64,000 nucleotides of DNA from a virus, in IMG/VR virus record IMGVR_UViG_3300044612_002737, positions 3,206 to 67,205 of that record. One strand, given 5' to 3'. Both the position numbers and the translations under genes were made by a program. The notes under the pieces were generated by a model. That model had not been told where the DNA came from and did not search any database. It saw only the letters and a program-made list of their open reading frames with translations. This document shows, piece after piece, positions 53,424 through 62,619 of the stretch. Numbering within the stretch: the stretch's first letter is position 1; the number at the start of each line of letters is the position of its first letter.

Positions 53424-54022
53424 CCGTCCGAAAGAAGCCCGCCCCGCACTGCTCCCGCTGCGCGCACAACGGCGTGACGTGGCGCGAGCTCAACGGCAAG
53501 CGCACCTGGTTCTGCGACTTGCACCTCAAGGAGGCGGAGAACGAGGCACGGGAAGCCGCGGCGAAGCGCTACGAGGCGACGCGCCTCGAGGACCTCAAGG
53601 CCGTCACGCCGCCCACGCGCGTCGTCGTGCCTCGGAGCCGTGAGGTGAAGCCCTACCGTCCGCGCAACCCGGAGCTGATGTGCGGCCACGCCAACCGCAA
53701 GGGCGGGACCTGCCAGAACTACTACCCGTGCAGCTACCACGGCCCGTGGCGCAAGACCGAAGAAGCCGCAGCCCCCGCACACCCAGTCAGTAACACGGCG
53801 GTCGACCATCCGCCCCACTACAACGTCGGAAAGTTCGAGGTGATCGACGTTATCGAGGACTGGCGCCTCGGCTTCAACCTGGGGAACGTGGTGAAGTACG
53901 TCGCCCGTGCGGAGCACAAGGGCAACGAGCTCGAAGACCTCGACAAGGCGGCGTGGTACATCCAGCGCGAGATCGCACGGCGGAGGGATGAGCAAGAAAG
54001 ATACTTGACGGGGCGGTTATAG
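53420..54022 (+). CDS. DUF3310 domain protein with N-terminal Cys/His fingers
   Basis: VDHPPHY..EVIDVI..GFNLGNVVKYVARA.HKG..EDLDKAAWY. Confidence 0.85.
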   Translation: MTVRKKPAPHCSRCAHNGVTWRELNGKRTWFCDLHLKEAENEAREAAAKRYEATRLEDLKAVTPPTRVVVPRSREVKPYRPRNPELMCGHANRKGGTCQNYYPCSYHGPWRKTEEAAAPAHPVSNTAVDHPPHYNVGKFEVIDVIEDWRLGFNLGNVVKYVARAEHKGNELEDLDKAAWYIQREIARRRDEQERYLTGRL

Positions 54023-54033
54023 TACACTACCTT
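54005..54033 (+). promoter_or_regulatory. promoter TTGACG-N17-TACCTT
   Basis: 17-bp spacer; contains TGACG-N3-CGGTTA; long leader hairpin follows. Confidence 0.6.
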
Positions 54034-54119
54034 GGGGGCATGGTCAGATCGGGTTGGGACTTCTTCTTGTTCACCCACCCCGGTCTGCACCATGCCCCTC
54101 TCGCGTAGGAGACCACCAC

Positions 54120-55940
54120 ATGGCAAAGAAGACCACCACCACCCAGCGCCCGTTCGTCGAGCGCCTCACCTCCAACCTCAAGACCGCCGACGGCCGGCCC
54201 CGCAACGTGACGCTGGGGCCGAAGACCCTCATCGTCGGGCCGAACGGCAGCGGCAAGAGCAGCATCCAGCAGAGCCTCCAGCTCGCCCTGCTCGGCAGCG
54301 CGGACGACCTCGTCGGACGTGACGAGGTCCGCGACAACGGCCTGCTGATGAGCATGGTGAGCGCCGAGCGCCTCGCCATCCACGCCAAGCTCTCGAGCGG
54401 CGAGGACTACACCTTCATCGCGAAGGACAGCGGCAAGCCCACGCACGACGCCGGCATCGAGGCGAAGCTCCCGCTCCACGAGATCCGCGAGGCCCTCGCG
54501 GCGTCCCCCGCCACGGCGCGCAAGGCGTTCCTCGGCTGGGCGGCGAAGAGCGTCACGGCAGCGGACGTCGCCGAGGCGGTGCCTGCCGTCTACAAGGCGA
54601 AGTACGCGGACATCAGCGCCAGCGTGGGCCGCGGCAAGAGCCCCGTCGATGCGCTGCTCGCCACGCTGGAGTACGTCGGCAAGCGCCAGCGTGACGCCGC
54701 CAAGGAGGCCAGCGGGGCCGAGGCGCTGCTGATCGGCATGGCGCACGACCTCGAGACCGCGCCCACCCAGGAAGATCTCGTCGACGCGCAGGACGCACAG
54801 GCGGACGCGCAGCGCAGGGTGCTCGCGGTGAAGGGCGTTCACGCGCACCAGTCCCGTGTGCTGGGCCAGATCCAGGGCATCCGCGGCCAGCTCGCGAAGG
54901 TCGACCCGCCCGAGGCGCCCAAGGTCGAAGAGACTGACCGCCGGTTCTACGAGAGCATGGCGACGGCGTCGGGCATCGCCGTGGACAAGGGGCTCGCCTC
55001 GTGCCCGCTCTGCTCGAGCGCCGTGGGCCACGCGCACCTGAAGGCGTGCGCCACGTTCTACGAGACCGAGGCGAAGGCCATGAAGGTCCCCGACTTCGGG
55101 CCGCGGGTCAACCGGCCCTTCCTCCAGAGCCAGCTCGAGCTGCTCACCAACGAGCTGGCCGGCATCGACGCCGACCTGCTGGCGCTCGACCCGGCCGCCA
55201 TCGAGGCGGAGAGCCGCGCGGCGCAGGAGGCGTACCTCAACCTGCGGAACACGGTCGACCGCTGGTCGAACCTCACCAAGGCGCGCGACACCATCGCCGA
55301 GATGACGATGGAGAGCGAGACCTACAAGGGCATGAAGAAGGAGCTCGAGGGCGTGGTCGCCGACCTGCTCAAGCGGGTGGCCGACGGCTTCACGGCGAAG
55401 GTGCAGTCGTACCTGCCGACCGGCTGGAAGTTCGGCATGCTGCTCGAGGACAACGGCAAGGAGACCTTCCGCCTCGGCCTCGTGCAGGGCAAGAAGCTGC
55501 GCTCCGCGCTCTCCGGTGCGGAGTGGGCGACGGTGACGTGCGCCCTCGCGATGGCGGTCTCGAGCGACGTGCCGGCCGACCGGCCCGTGCTGGTCATGCC
55601 CGAGGACCGCGGCTGGGACGCGGCCACGCTCGGCAAGGTCCTCAACTCGTGGTTCGGTTTCGATGGACAGGTCGTCATCGGCACGCCGACGAAGCCGAAG
55701 AAGGTGCCGGCTGGCTGGACGGTCATCGACCTGGGGCAGGCGGAAGGCGAGGAGCCGGTCGTCGAGGAGCCGGCGCCGAGCATCGTCGAGGCTGCGACCT
55801 TCAAGGTCTACGTCCCGTCCGCGGCGATGAGCGCCATGCTGAAGGCCCTCGGCTACACCGACGCCGTGATCGCCACGCTCAACGCCGAGAAGGCCGCCCA
55901 CATCGTGGCAAACGGGATCTCGATGGGGGGTGCGCAGTGA
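54120..55940 (+). CDS. Rad50/SbcC-like SMC ATPase
   Basis: IVGPNGSGKSS, coiled coils, CPLC zinc hook, LSGAE signature, degenerate Walker B LVMPED. Confidence 0.85.
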   Translation: MAKKTTTTQRPFVERLTSNLKTADGRPRNVTLGPKTLIVGPNGSGKSSIQQSLQLALLGSADDLVGRDEVRDNGLLMSMVSAERLAIHAKLSSGEDYTFIAKDSGKPTHDAGIEAKLPLHEIREALAASPATARKAFLGWAAKSVTAADVAEAVPAVYKAKYADISASVGRGKSPVDALLATLEYVGKRQRDAAKEASGAEALLIGMAHDLETAPTQEDLVDAQDAQADAQRRVLAVKGVHAHQSRVLGQIQGIRGQLAKVDPPEAPKVEETDRRFYESMATASGIAVDKGLASCPLCSSAVGHAHLKACATFYETEAKAMKVPDFGPRVNRPFLQSQLELLTNELAGIDADLLALDPAAIEAESRAAQEAYLNLRNTVDRWSNLTKARDTIAEMTMESETYKGMKKELEGVVADLLKRVADGFTAKVQSYLPTGWKFGMLLEDNGKETFRLGLVQGKKLRSALSGAEWATVTCALAMAVSSDVPADRPVLVMPEDRGWDAATLGKVLNSWFGFDGQVVIGTPTKPKKVPAGWTVIDLGQAEGEEPVVEEPAPSIVEAATFKVYVPSAAMSAMLKALGYTDAVIATLNAEKAAHIVANGISMGGAQ

Positions 55941-56434
55941 GCCGCTGGACGAACGAGGACTACCTCCGCAACGAGACGGAGAGCGAGAACTACGAGAAGA
56001 CCATCGAGGTGTTCCTCACCGCCACGGACTACACGACGTGGTTCGAGGAGAAGCAGGCCGAGATCTACGCTCCGGTGCTCGCCGCGGGCATCCAGCAGAC
56101 GTTGATGGCGAGCCACGAGGACCGTCGAGAGGCGGCGCGGTTCGCGCTGCGTCAGCTCTCGGCGCTCGCCGAGGAGGCGCGTGAAGAGGCGGCCAAGGGC
56201 TTCGACCCCACCGAAGAGACGGTCAAGCCACCGGGCCACACCTGTCCCGCCATCGACGGCGTGCAGCACGTCCTTCGCCAGATCATCTGGCGCATGGACA
56301 ACCCGGACAAGCAGACCCGCCAGGACGCACGGGACCTGCTCGTCGAGGGGCTCGCGCTCCTCGAGCAGGTCCGCACCGAGAACCGCCAGATGCGCGCGGC
56401 GCACGCCACCATGCAGAAGAAGGTGACGCCATGA
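55937..56434 (+). CDS. hypothetical protein (165 aa)
   Basis: GTGA/ATGA coupling; PGHTCPAID..LEQVRTENRQMR. Confidence 0.7.
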   Translation: MSRWTNEDYLRNETESENYEKTIEVFLTATDYTTWFEEKQAEIYAPVLAAGIQQTLMASHEDRREAARFALRQLSALAEEAREEAAKGFDPTEETVKPPGHTCPAIDGVQHVLRQIIWRMDNPDKQTRQDARDLLVEGLALLEQVRTENRQMRAAHATMQKKVTP

Positions 56435-57198
56435 CGGGGAAGGCGTGGACGACCAAGAAGGTCGAGCGTGTGTGGAACCGGATGCGCGCGGGCACGAGCG
56501 CGCAGACCATCGCAGCCGAGATGGGCTGCACCGTGACGAACATCCACAAGCGGCTGCGCGGCGCCGGGTACGACCCGGAGACGGGCCGGCGCGAGGACTT
56601 CAGCGGCAGCGCCAAGCTGATCCTCGAGCGACGCAAGGCCGGCGTGGAGTTCGCTGACATCGCGGTGGAGCTCGGCATGGAGCCGACGAAGCTCAACGTG
56701 CGCCGGCTCTACATGCGGCTGGTCCGCTACTGCGAGCGGGCCGAGGTGGCGTACCCTCGGATGCCGAAGAAGCGGCGCAACGGCAAGCGGTACGGACCCG
56801 CCACCATCGAGCCGCTGATGATCGCCGACGCCGTGGTCGCCATCAACAAGCGGATGAAGCGCGGCGAGCAGACCGACGCCCTCGACCTGACTGACGCTAC
56901 GGGCTACTCGGAGCGGACAACGAAAAGCATCATCGCCGAGATGCGCCGCCGAAAGATGCTGGCCGACGGCATCGTGCCGACCGTGGGCAAGCCGGACCCG
57001 GACGATCTGGTAGGCTGCGAGCGCGCAGTTCTGGACGCCGTCCGGGCGGCGTGGGCCGACAAGAAGCGGTCCTGCGAAACACTGACCACCCTCTGTGAGT
57101 CGACGGGCTACGCTCGTTCGACCCTTAACCTCGCCATCGGGAAGCTCCGAGACATCGGGCTCCTCGAACCCCGCGGCTTCCTCTACCTGCGAGCATGA
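56431..57198 (+). CDS. multi-HTH DNA-binding protein
   Basis: Four HTH-like segments (IAAEMGC, IAVELGM, LTDATGYS, LCESTGYA). Confidence 0.75.
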   Translation: MTGKAWTTKKVERVWNRMRAGTSAQTIAAEMGCTVTNIHKRLRGAGYDPETGRREDFSGSAKLILERRKAGVEFADIAVELGMEPTKLNVRRLYMRLVRYCERAEVAYPRMPKKRRNGKRYGPATIEPLMIADAVVAINKRMKRGEQTDALDLTDATGYSERTTKSIIAEMRRRKMLADGIVPTVGKPDPDDLVGCERAVLDAVRAAWADKKRSCETLTTLCESTGYARSTLNLAIGKLRDIGLLEPRGFLYLRA

Positions 57199-59354
57199 CC
57201 ATGAACACCGAACCAGAGTACGACGAGACCGAGAAGCGAGACGCCGTCAACGACGGGCTCGACCTGCTGCGTGTCCTTCAGAACCAGCTCTCCTCGACGG
57301 AGAAGACGAACCACCTCGCAGCGTGGGCTGCCATCCAGCGACCCGAGGCGCTCAACGACATCGCGGCTGCGTGGGTGGCGGACGAGGCCCAGGTCACCGG
57401 CATGCTCGCCGTGATCGAGATGCTGCCGGGGCAGGTCACGCGCACCCGCGCGCTCCGCAACGCGTTGAAGCGGATCGTCATCGAGAAGCGGCGTGCCGCG
57501 CTCGACCGCGTTATCGGGGTCGTGCAGGACAACACGCTCATCTCCCTCGGCATCGCCTTGGGGGCTGGCGCCCCGCCCGCATCGCTGGTCGAACCCCAGC
57601 TGCTGGACTCACTCAAGGTTCCCCGCGGCTACGCGGTGGACCCGACCGGTGTCTTCAAGCTGTCTGTCATGGCTGACGGAACGGCGGCGTCGACGCGCGT
57701 GGCTACTGCTCCTGTGTTCATCGTGGGTCGGTCTCACGACGTGCTGACCGGTGGCGCGAAGCGCGTGCTGATGTGGCGCACGCCGGCCGGGTGGACGATG
57801 CGCCCCGTGGACCGCGGCGTCCTGATGAACAGCCAGAAGCTCATCGGCTTGGCAGACCTCGAGGTGCCCGTCACCTCGAACACCTCGGCTGCGGTGGTCG
57901 AGTGGCTCGCCGAGTTCGAGGCGGAGAACATGCACCGCTTCGGCAGCAACCAAGCGGCGAGCCGCATGGGCTGGTTGAAGCAGGGCGGGATCCACGGGTT
58001 CCTGCTGCCCGAGACGTTCTTCACGACGGCGACCAGTGAAGAGGAGAGCTGCGTGGAGCTCGTGCCGCAGGCCGGGCTCGAGGCGCTCCTCGAGGGATGG
58101 AAGCCCAGCGGAACGTGGGAGGGGTGGCTCGACGCGATGGACACCATGCGCCCGTTCACTCCGATGTGGCTCGCGCTCTACGCCTCGTGCGCGGCGCCCA
58201 TGCTCGAGATCATCGGCAGCCCGTCATTCGTGGTGGACTTCAACGGTGAGACCTCGACCGGCAAGACGACGGCGATGCGCGTGGCGGCCAGCGTGTGGGG
58301 CCGCCCGTCCGATAGCATGCCGACGGCGATGTACTCGTGGGACAGCACGAAGGTGTTCATCGAGCGCATCTGCGGGTTCCTCTGCAACCTGCCGGTGATC
58401 CTCGACGAGACGAAGCGGGCCAAGGACAAGCAGATCGTGCGCGACGTGGTGTACGACTTCGCGAACGGGCAGGGCCGCGGTCGCGGGTCGCCGGACGGCA
58501 CGCGCCAGACGGCGAGCTGGCGCAGCATCATGCTCACCTCGGGCGAGGCGGCGGCCACCAGCTTCAGCCAGGACGGCGGCACCCGTGCGCGCGTGCTCTC
58601 CATCACGGGCCGGCCGATGGGCACGAACATGAAGGCGGGCGGACCGGCCGCCGAGCTTCTCGCTGCGCAGTTGCAGGAACACTACGGTCACCTCGGCCGT
58701 CGGCTCATGCACTACCTCGTGAGCGTGGCGGACCAGCACGAGGCGCTGCGTGAGGTCTGGCGCGACACGCGCGACCAGTACGCGGCGGTCGCCAAGACCG
58801 CGGTGAGCCGGCGCCACGCCGGCAACCTCGCCACCCTGCACCTCGCCTCGACCATCGTGCACGAGAGCCTCGGCGTGCCGTACCCCGAGGAGGACCCGAT
58901 GGCGTTCGCGCTCGAGGCCGTCATGCAGATCGAGACCGAGAAGGACCGCCCGCACGCGGCGTTCATCGAGGTCATCGGCTGGTGCTCGGCGAACCAGAAC
59001 CGGTTCTGGGGTCGGCACGAGGTGGACCGCGAAGGCGCGCCGCGCGTGCCGGGCCGCGGCTGGGCGGGCTCGTGGTCGGGCGAGGACGAGTGGAAGGTCA
59101 TCAGCCTCATGCCGCACGTCCTGCGTGAGGTCCTCGAGCCGATGGGCTACCACGTCGACGAGATCCTCGACCGCTGGGCGGAGCGCGGGTGGATCGTGCT
59201 GTCGGAGCGCACCTCGGCAAGCAAGTCGGCGAAGAGCCGCACGACGGTCACGCGCATCAACGGGGCGCCCATGCGCGTCTACCAGTTCAGCCGGACGTCG
59301 GTCGACAACCACGTCGCAGACGACGAGGTGATGCGTGGCAACGCCGACGTCTGA
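57195..59354 (+). CDS. DUF927 domain replicative helicase (Cch-like AAA+)
   Basis: RMGW, FNGETSTGKTT, PVILDE, NGQGRGR, WRSIMLTSGE, YGHLG. Confidence 0.85.
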   Translation: MTMNTEPEYDETEKRDAVNDGLDLLRVLQNQLSSTEKTNHLAAWAAIQRPEALNDIAAAWVADEAQVTGMLAVIEMLPGQVTRTRALRNALKRIVIEKRRAALDRVIGVVQDNTLISLGIALGAGAPPASLVEPQLLDSLKVPRGYAVDPTGVFKLSVMADGTAASTRVATAPVFIVGRSHDVLTGGAKRVLMWRTPAGWTMRPVDRGVLMNSQKLIGLADLEVPVTSNTSAAVVEWLAEFEAENMHRFGSNQAASRMGWLKQGGIHGFLLPETFFTTATSEEESCVELVPQAGLEALLEGWKPSGTWEGWLDAMDTMRPFTPMWLALYASCAAPMLEIIGSPSFVVDFNGETSTGKTTAMRVAASVWGRPSDSMPTAMYSWDSTKVFIERICGFLCNLPVILDETKRAKDKQIVRDVVYDFANGQGRGRGSPDGTRQTASWRSIMLTSGEAAATSFSQDGGTRARVLSITGRPMGTNMKAGGPAAELLAAQLQEHYGHLGRRLMHYLVSVADQHEALREVWRDTRDQYAAVAKTAVSRRHAGNLATLHLASTIVHESLGVPYPEEDPMAFALEAVMQIETEKDRPHAAFIEVIGWCSANQNRFWGRHEVDREGAPRVPGRGWAGSWSGEDEWKVISLMPHVLREVLEPMGYHVDEILDRWAERGWIVLSERTSASKSAKSRTTVTRINGAPMRVYQFSRTSVDNHVADDEVMRGNADV

Positions 59355-59910
59355 GCGGGGCTGGTGGCCGACGCGCCGCAGCCGGCGCGAGCCCCCGGCC
59401 GAGAAGGTCCGCCTGCCCGACAGCTTCGAGCTCGAGGTCACGGTCGACGTGAAGAACCTCTGCCTGTTCTGGCGCCGGCGCGACGACGACGCGCTCGGTA
59501 TCTTCGGCAGCCGGGCAGAGGTCGGGCGCCCCGTCACCGTGGCGCATGCCTGGGCGGCGGTGGCGCTGCTGAAGGAGATCGGCGAGGCGGGGGCGCTGCG
59601 CCTCGCCAAGCGCATCGAGGTCCAGCTCTTCGAGGAACCGATGAACGTGACGTGGCACCACGACGAGCTGCCCGCCGGCGTGCGGCAGCGTGACGTGGCG
59701 AAGCCTCGGTGCAGCTACTTCATCGAGCCGCTCACCAAGCTGAAGTGCAGCTATCGGGGCGACTACTCGGTCGATGGTGCGCGCGGCTCGTTCTGCGAGC
59801 TGCACGCGCGCAGGACCGCCGTGCGCGTGGCGCAGCGACCGAACCCCGACGTCATCCGGCGCAGGGAACGAAAGAAGAAGAACGCAGGAACCCCGACGTC
59901 TTCGACGTAA
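59335..59910 (+). CDS. hypothetical protein with C-terminal C..C..C..H finger
   Basis: GAGG RBS, GTG start. Confidence 0.6.
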   Translation: MATPTSERGWWPTRRSRREPPAEKVRLPDSFELEVTVDVKNLCLFWRRRDDDALGIFGSRAEVGRPVTVAHAWAAVALLKEIGEAGALRLAKRIEVQLFEEPMNVTWHHDELPAGVRQRDVAKPRCSYFIEPLTKLKCSYRGDYSVDGARGSFCELHARRTAVRVAQRPNPDVIRRRERKKKNAGTPTSST

Positions 59911-59969
59911 CACGGGGCGCAAGGGCTGCAACGTCTTGACGCTACGGTTATGATGGGCGCGAGGTGCCC

Positions 59970-60569
59970 ATGCCGAGAGGAGACAAGCCGGTGCAGCCCG
60001 GCCCCAGCATCAACGCTTCCAAGCTGCCATCGTCCGCGCGGACGGACCAGGACGTGGCTCCGTCGTTCGGTCCCGCGGCGTCGTCGAAGGCGCGCTCCGT
60101 GTCGGTGGCGCCGGCGGCGGAGAGCGAGGTCGTCGCCATGCTCGCCGAGCAGACGAAGTTCGCGAGCGAACCGGAGACCCGGGCGATGGCGATCCAGCTC
60201 CTGGGCGCCGGCTACACGGTGCGTGACGTGAGCCGGCGTCTCGCCGTCCGCGCGCACACGGTGTGGGGCTGGGCCGAAGAGCCGGCCGTGAAGACGGCCA
60301 TCGAGAAGGGCCGGATGCTGCGGAAGCAGAGCCTCGGGCAGGAGCTCGAGGACGCAGCCGAGGCGGCGCTGGGCACGCTGATCGACCTGATGCAGGACGA
60401 GGGCACGACCCCGAAGGACCGGCTCAAGGCGGCCGAGATCATCCTCGACCGCTGCGGGCTGGTCGAGCTGCCGACGAAGCAGGTCGCCCAGGTCGAGACC
60501 GCGGTGCGGGTCGACGTGGACTTCGACGAGCGCCTCGCGCGCATCGTGGCGGCGAGCCGACCGGCCTGA
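59970..60569 (+). CDS. terminase small subunit-like HTH protein
   Basis: HTH (GYTVRDVSRRLAVRAHTVWGW) plus ALGTLIDLM..RLKAAEIILDR. Confidence 0.6.
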   Translation: MPRGDKPVQPGPSINASKLPSSARTDQDVAPSFGPAASSKARSVSVAPAAESEVVAMLAEQTKFASEPETRAMAIQLLGAGYTVRDVSRRLAVRAHTVWGWAEEPAVKTAIEKGRMLRKQSLGQELEDAAEAALGTLIDLMQDEGTTPKDRLKAAEIILDRCGLVELPTKQVAQVETAVRVDVDFDERLARIVAASRPA

Positions 60570-60608
60570 AACGACGAAACCCCGGCGCGTGGCCGGGGTC
60601 CGTTCGTT
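60570..60608. terminator. bidirectional terminator between convergent arms
   Basis: ACCCCGGC/GCCGGGGT stem with A-rich left and T-rich right flanks. Confidence 0.65.
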
Positions 60609-60618
60609 GGGGTGTGGG

Positions 60619-61149
60619 TCAGTCGTTGTCGCAGACGTCGGTGCCGGGAGCAAAGACCTGGAAGCCGAGCAGCTCCAGCGCGTCCGCTGTGCGGTCGATG
60701 CAGTCGCGGTGCCGCTCCAGCCGCTCTTCGAGGTCGCGGTTCTTCGCTTCGAGCATGTGCTGCTTCTGTGTCAGCGCCTCATTCAGAGCACGCGCCCCGA
60801 TGAGCGCGCCAGCGTCGCGCGCGAGGTCGTCGTTGTGCTGCTTCAGCTTGTCGACTTGGGCCTGCGCCTCCCACGCTAACTGGGTGAGCCGCTGGTTCTC
60901 CTTCGTCAGCCGTGCCACCTCGGCGTCGAGGTCGCGCTCCGTCTGCTTCGCGTCCGCGAGCAGGTTGCGGAGCCCTTCGTTCGACTCGTGCAGCGACCGG
61001 ATGGTGGCCTCGAGGTCGGGCTGCGGCTCGGGCGGCTCGGTGTGAACCGCCGACATCAGCTTCTCGACGTTCATCGTGTTCGCCTGGACCTCGAGGTTGA
61101 GGCGCAGCACGGCTCGCTCGAGGTCGTCGATGCGGGTGCTACCGATCAT
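60619..61149 (-). CDS. coiled-coil protein (176 aa)
   Basis: GGAGG RBS; heptad pattern. Confidence 0.7.
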   Translation of the reverse strand: MIGSTRIDDLERAVLRLNLEVQANTMNVEKLMSAVHTEPPEPQPDLEATIRSLHESNEGLRNLLADAKQTERDLDAEVARLTKENQRLTQLAWEAQAQVDKLKQHNDDLARDAGALIGARALNEALTQKQHMLEAKNRDLEERLERHRDCIDRTADALELLGFQVFAPGTDVCDND

Positions 61150-61355
61150 GAGGTCCTCCAAGAGTGGACGCCCGACAGGGCGAACGTGCGGGTGCGGTTG
61201 TCGTCGTCCGTCTTCTCGCGGTCGAGGTCGACGGCGTCCATGAGCCACTGCGGGCCGGGGTGCCACGACACCTCGCCGAAGTAGAACCGGACGGGCCGGA
61301 TGCGCCGGCGGCGGCGCTCGCCTCGCCAGTTGGTGTAGTCGATGGTCACGTTCAT
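61146..61355 (-). CDS. stand-alone WYL-like domain protein (69 aa)
   Basis: VTIDYTNWRGERRRRRIRP..QWLMDAVDLDR..RTFAL. Confidence 0.75.
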   Translation of the reverse strand: MNVTIDYTNWRGERRRRRIRPVRFYFGEVSWHPGPQWLMDAVDLDREKTDDDNRTRTFALSGVHSWRTS

Positions 61356-61618
61356 GGGATGGTTCTCCGGGGCGGGATGATGTCCTCGACGAAGACCGCC
61401 GGGGCCGACGGCCCGTGCGGCGCGCGGGTCGGGACGTAGGTGCAGGAGAGCGCGCTCGCCCGGTGGTAGCAGGACACGCCGTCCTCGTAGTCGACCCGGA
61501 TGGTCTCGTTGGCGAGCAGCACACGCGGGTCGACCTTCTCGCCGCACGACATGGGAAGGCTGGCGAGGACCAGCAGCAGACCGACGATCAGCGCGACGCT
61601 ATGCCAGGTTGAAGTCAT
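61352..61618 (-). CDS. putative membrane or lipoprotein (88 aa)
   Basis: Hydrophobic N-terminus then SC; GGAGGAG RBS. Confidence 0.6.
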   Translation of the reverse strand: MTSTWHSVALIVGLLLVLASLPMSCGEKVDPRVLLANETIRVDYEDGVSCYHRASALSCTYVPTRAPHGPSAPAVFVEDIIPPRRTIP

Positions 61619-62033
61619 CGCACTCCTCCGTCCGGCTCCACGAGAACGACTGCCAGTCGCGCGCCTCGGGGTCGTGCAGCGCAGCGCCGAGCCACGCCAG
61701 CGAGATGTCCATCAGCTCGGACGCGGCCGCCCCGTCGCCCGTCATGCTGCTCTCCTCGAGCGCCTCGGCACGCAGAGCCTCGGCCTCGGGCACCTTGACG
61801 TCGACGTCCACGGAGATGCGGACCCACGTCGTGTCGCCCTCGCGCCGGGCGGCGCGCTGCCGGCTGTCGATGAGGTCGGCGAGGGCGCGCAGCGTGGACG
61901 CCAGCGCCTCGCGGTCGTCCCGGCCGGAGCGGGTCACGGTTGCCCCGCTGTCGATGCCGGGCAGCGTCAGCGTCGCCACGGCGCGGTTGTCGTTCGAGGT
62001 CAGGGAGATGGTCACGGGTTCACGGGTCTTCAT
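61599..62033 (-). CDS. hypothetical protein (144 aa)
   Basis: GGAG RBS; typical codon usage. Confidence 0.65.
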   Translation of the reverse strand: MKTREPVTISLTSNDNRAVATLTLPGIDSGATVTRSGRDDREALASTLRALADLIDSRQRAARREGDTTWVRISVDVDVKVPEAEALRAEALEESSMTGDGAAASELMDISLAWLGAALHDPEARDWQSFSWSRTEECDDFNLA

Positions 62034-62155
62034 GAATGGTCTCCGTTGCAGCCAGCGCGGCAGCAGTACTTGCAGGGTGGGTTGAGTGAAGCCATCGCGC
62101 AGGGGATGACCCAGAGGAACACGTAACGGCAGAGGAAGAGGAAGAGGAAGGTCAT
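62030..62155 (-). CDS. small hydrophobic Cys-rich peptide (41 aa)
   Basis: GGAGG RBS; ATGA coupling at both ends. Confidence 0.5.
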   Translation of the reverse strand: MTFLFLFLCRYVFLWVIPCAMASLNPPCKYCCRAGCNGDHS

Positions 62156-62313
62156 GCTCGACCTCCCACGAGGATGAAGGCGACGCCGCCGCACGACAGG
62201 CAGAAGGCGCTGGCGGCGGGCTCTGGCATGGCGACGTACACGACGAAGAGGGCGGTGGCGGCCACCGTGAGGAAGGCGGCGATGCCGCCCTGGGCGAGAC
62301 GGTCGTCGTTCAT
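62152..62313 (-). CDS. small membrane protein (53 aa, two hydrophobic segments)
   Basis: AGGAG RBS; MNDDRLAQGGIAAFLTV... Confidence 0.55.
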   Translation of the reverse strand: MNDDRLAQGGIAAFLTVAATALFVVYVAMPEPAASAFCLSCGGVAFILVGGRA

Positions 62314-62343
62314 TGTGTCTCCTGGCATGTGTTGCGCGGCGTG

Positions 62344-62571
62344 TTACGGCAGAGCCGTCGGGGGGACTGCGTGTTCTTCATTCTTCGGCACCACCGTGTC
62401 GAAGACGCCGACGTAGAGGAGCGCTGTCTCGATGCCGCTGATGTGGCCAGCGGCGTGAAGGTTGCCCGCCTCGGCGAGCGGCTTCATGAGCTCGATGCGC
62501 TCGCGCAGGGTCGTGCGGACGAAGTCGAGGTGATGAGTGATCTTGTGGATGATGGTCTCGGACTCGGTCAT
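62344..62571 (-). CDS. hypothetical protein (75 aa)
   Basis: GGAG RBS; downstream of a promoter. Confidence 0.6.
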   Translation of the reverse strand: MTESETIIHKITHHLDFVRTTLRERIELMKPLAEAGNLHAAGHISGIETALLYVGVFDTVVPKNEEHAVPPTALP

Positions 62572-62590
62572 GGCGTGGTCTCCGGGTGTA

Positions 62591-62619
62591 CTGTTAGCAG
62601 AGCGGTAAGGTATCGTCAA
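62591..62619 (-). promoter_or_regulatory. leftward promoter TTGACG-N17-TAACAG
   Basis: -35 at 62614-19; spacer contains CGGTAAGGTAT, also at 51455-51465. Confidence 0.5.
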
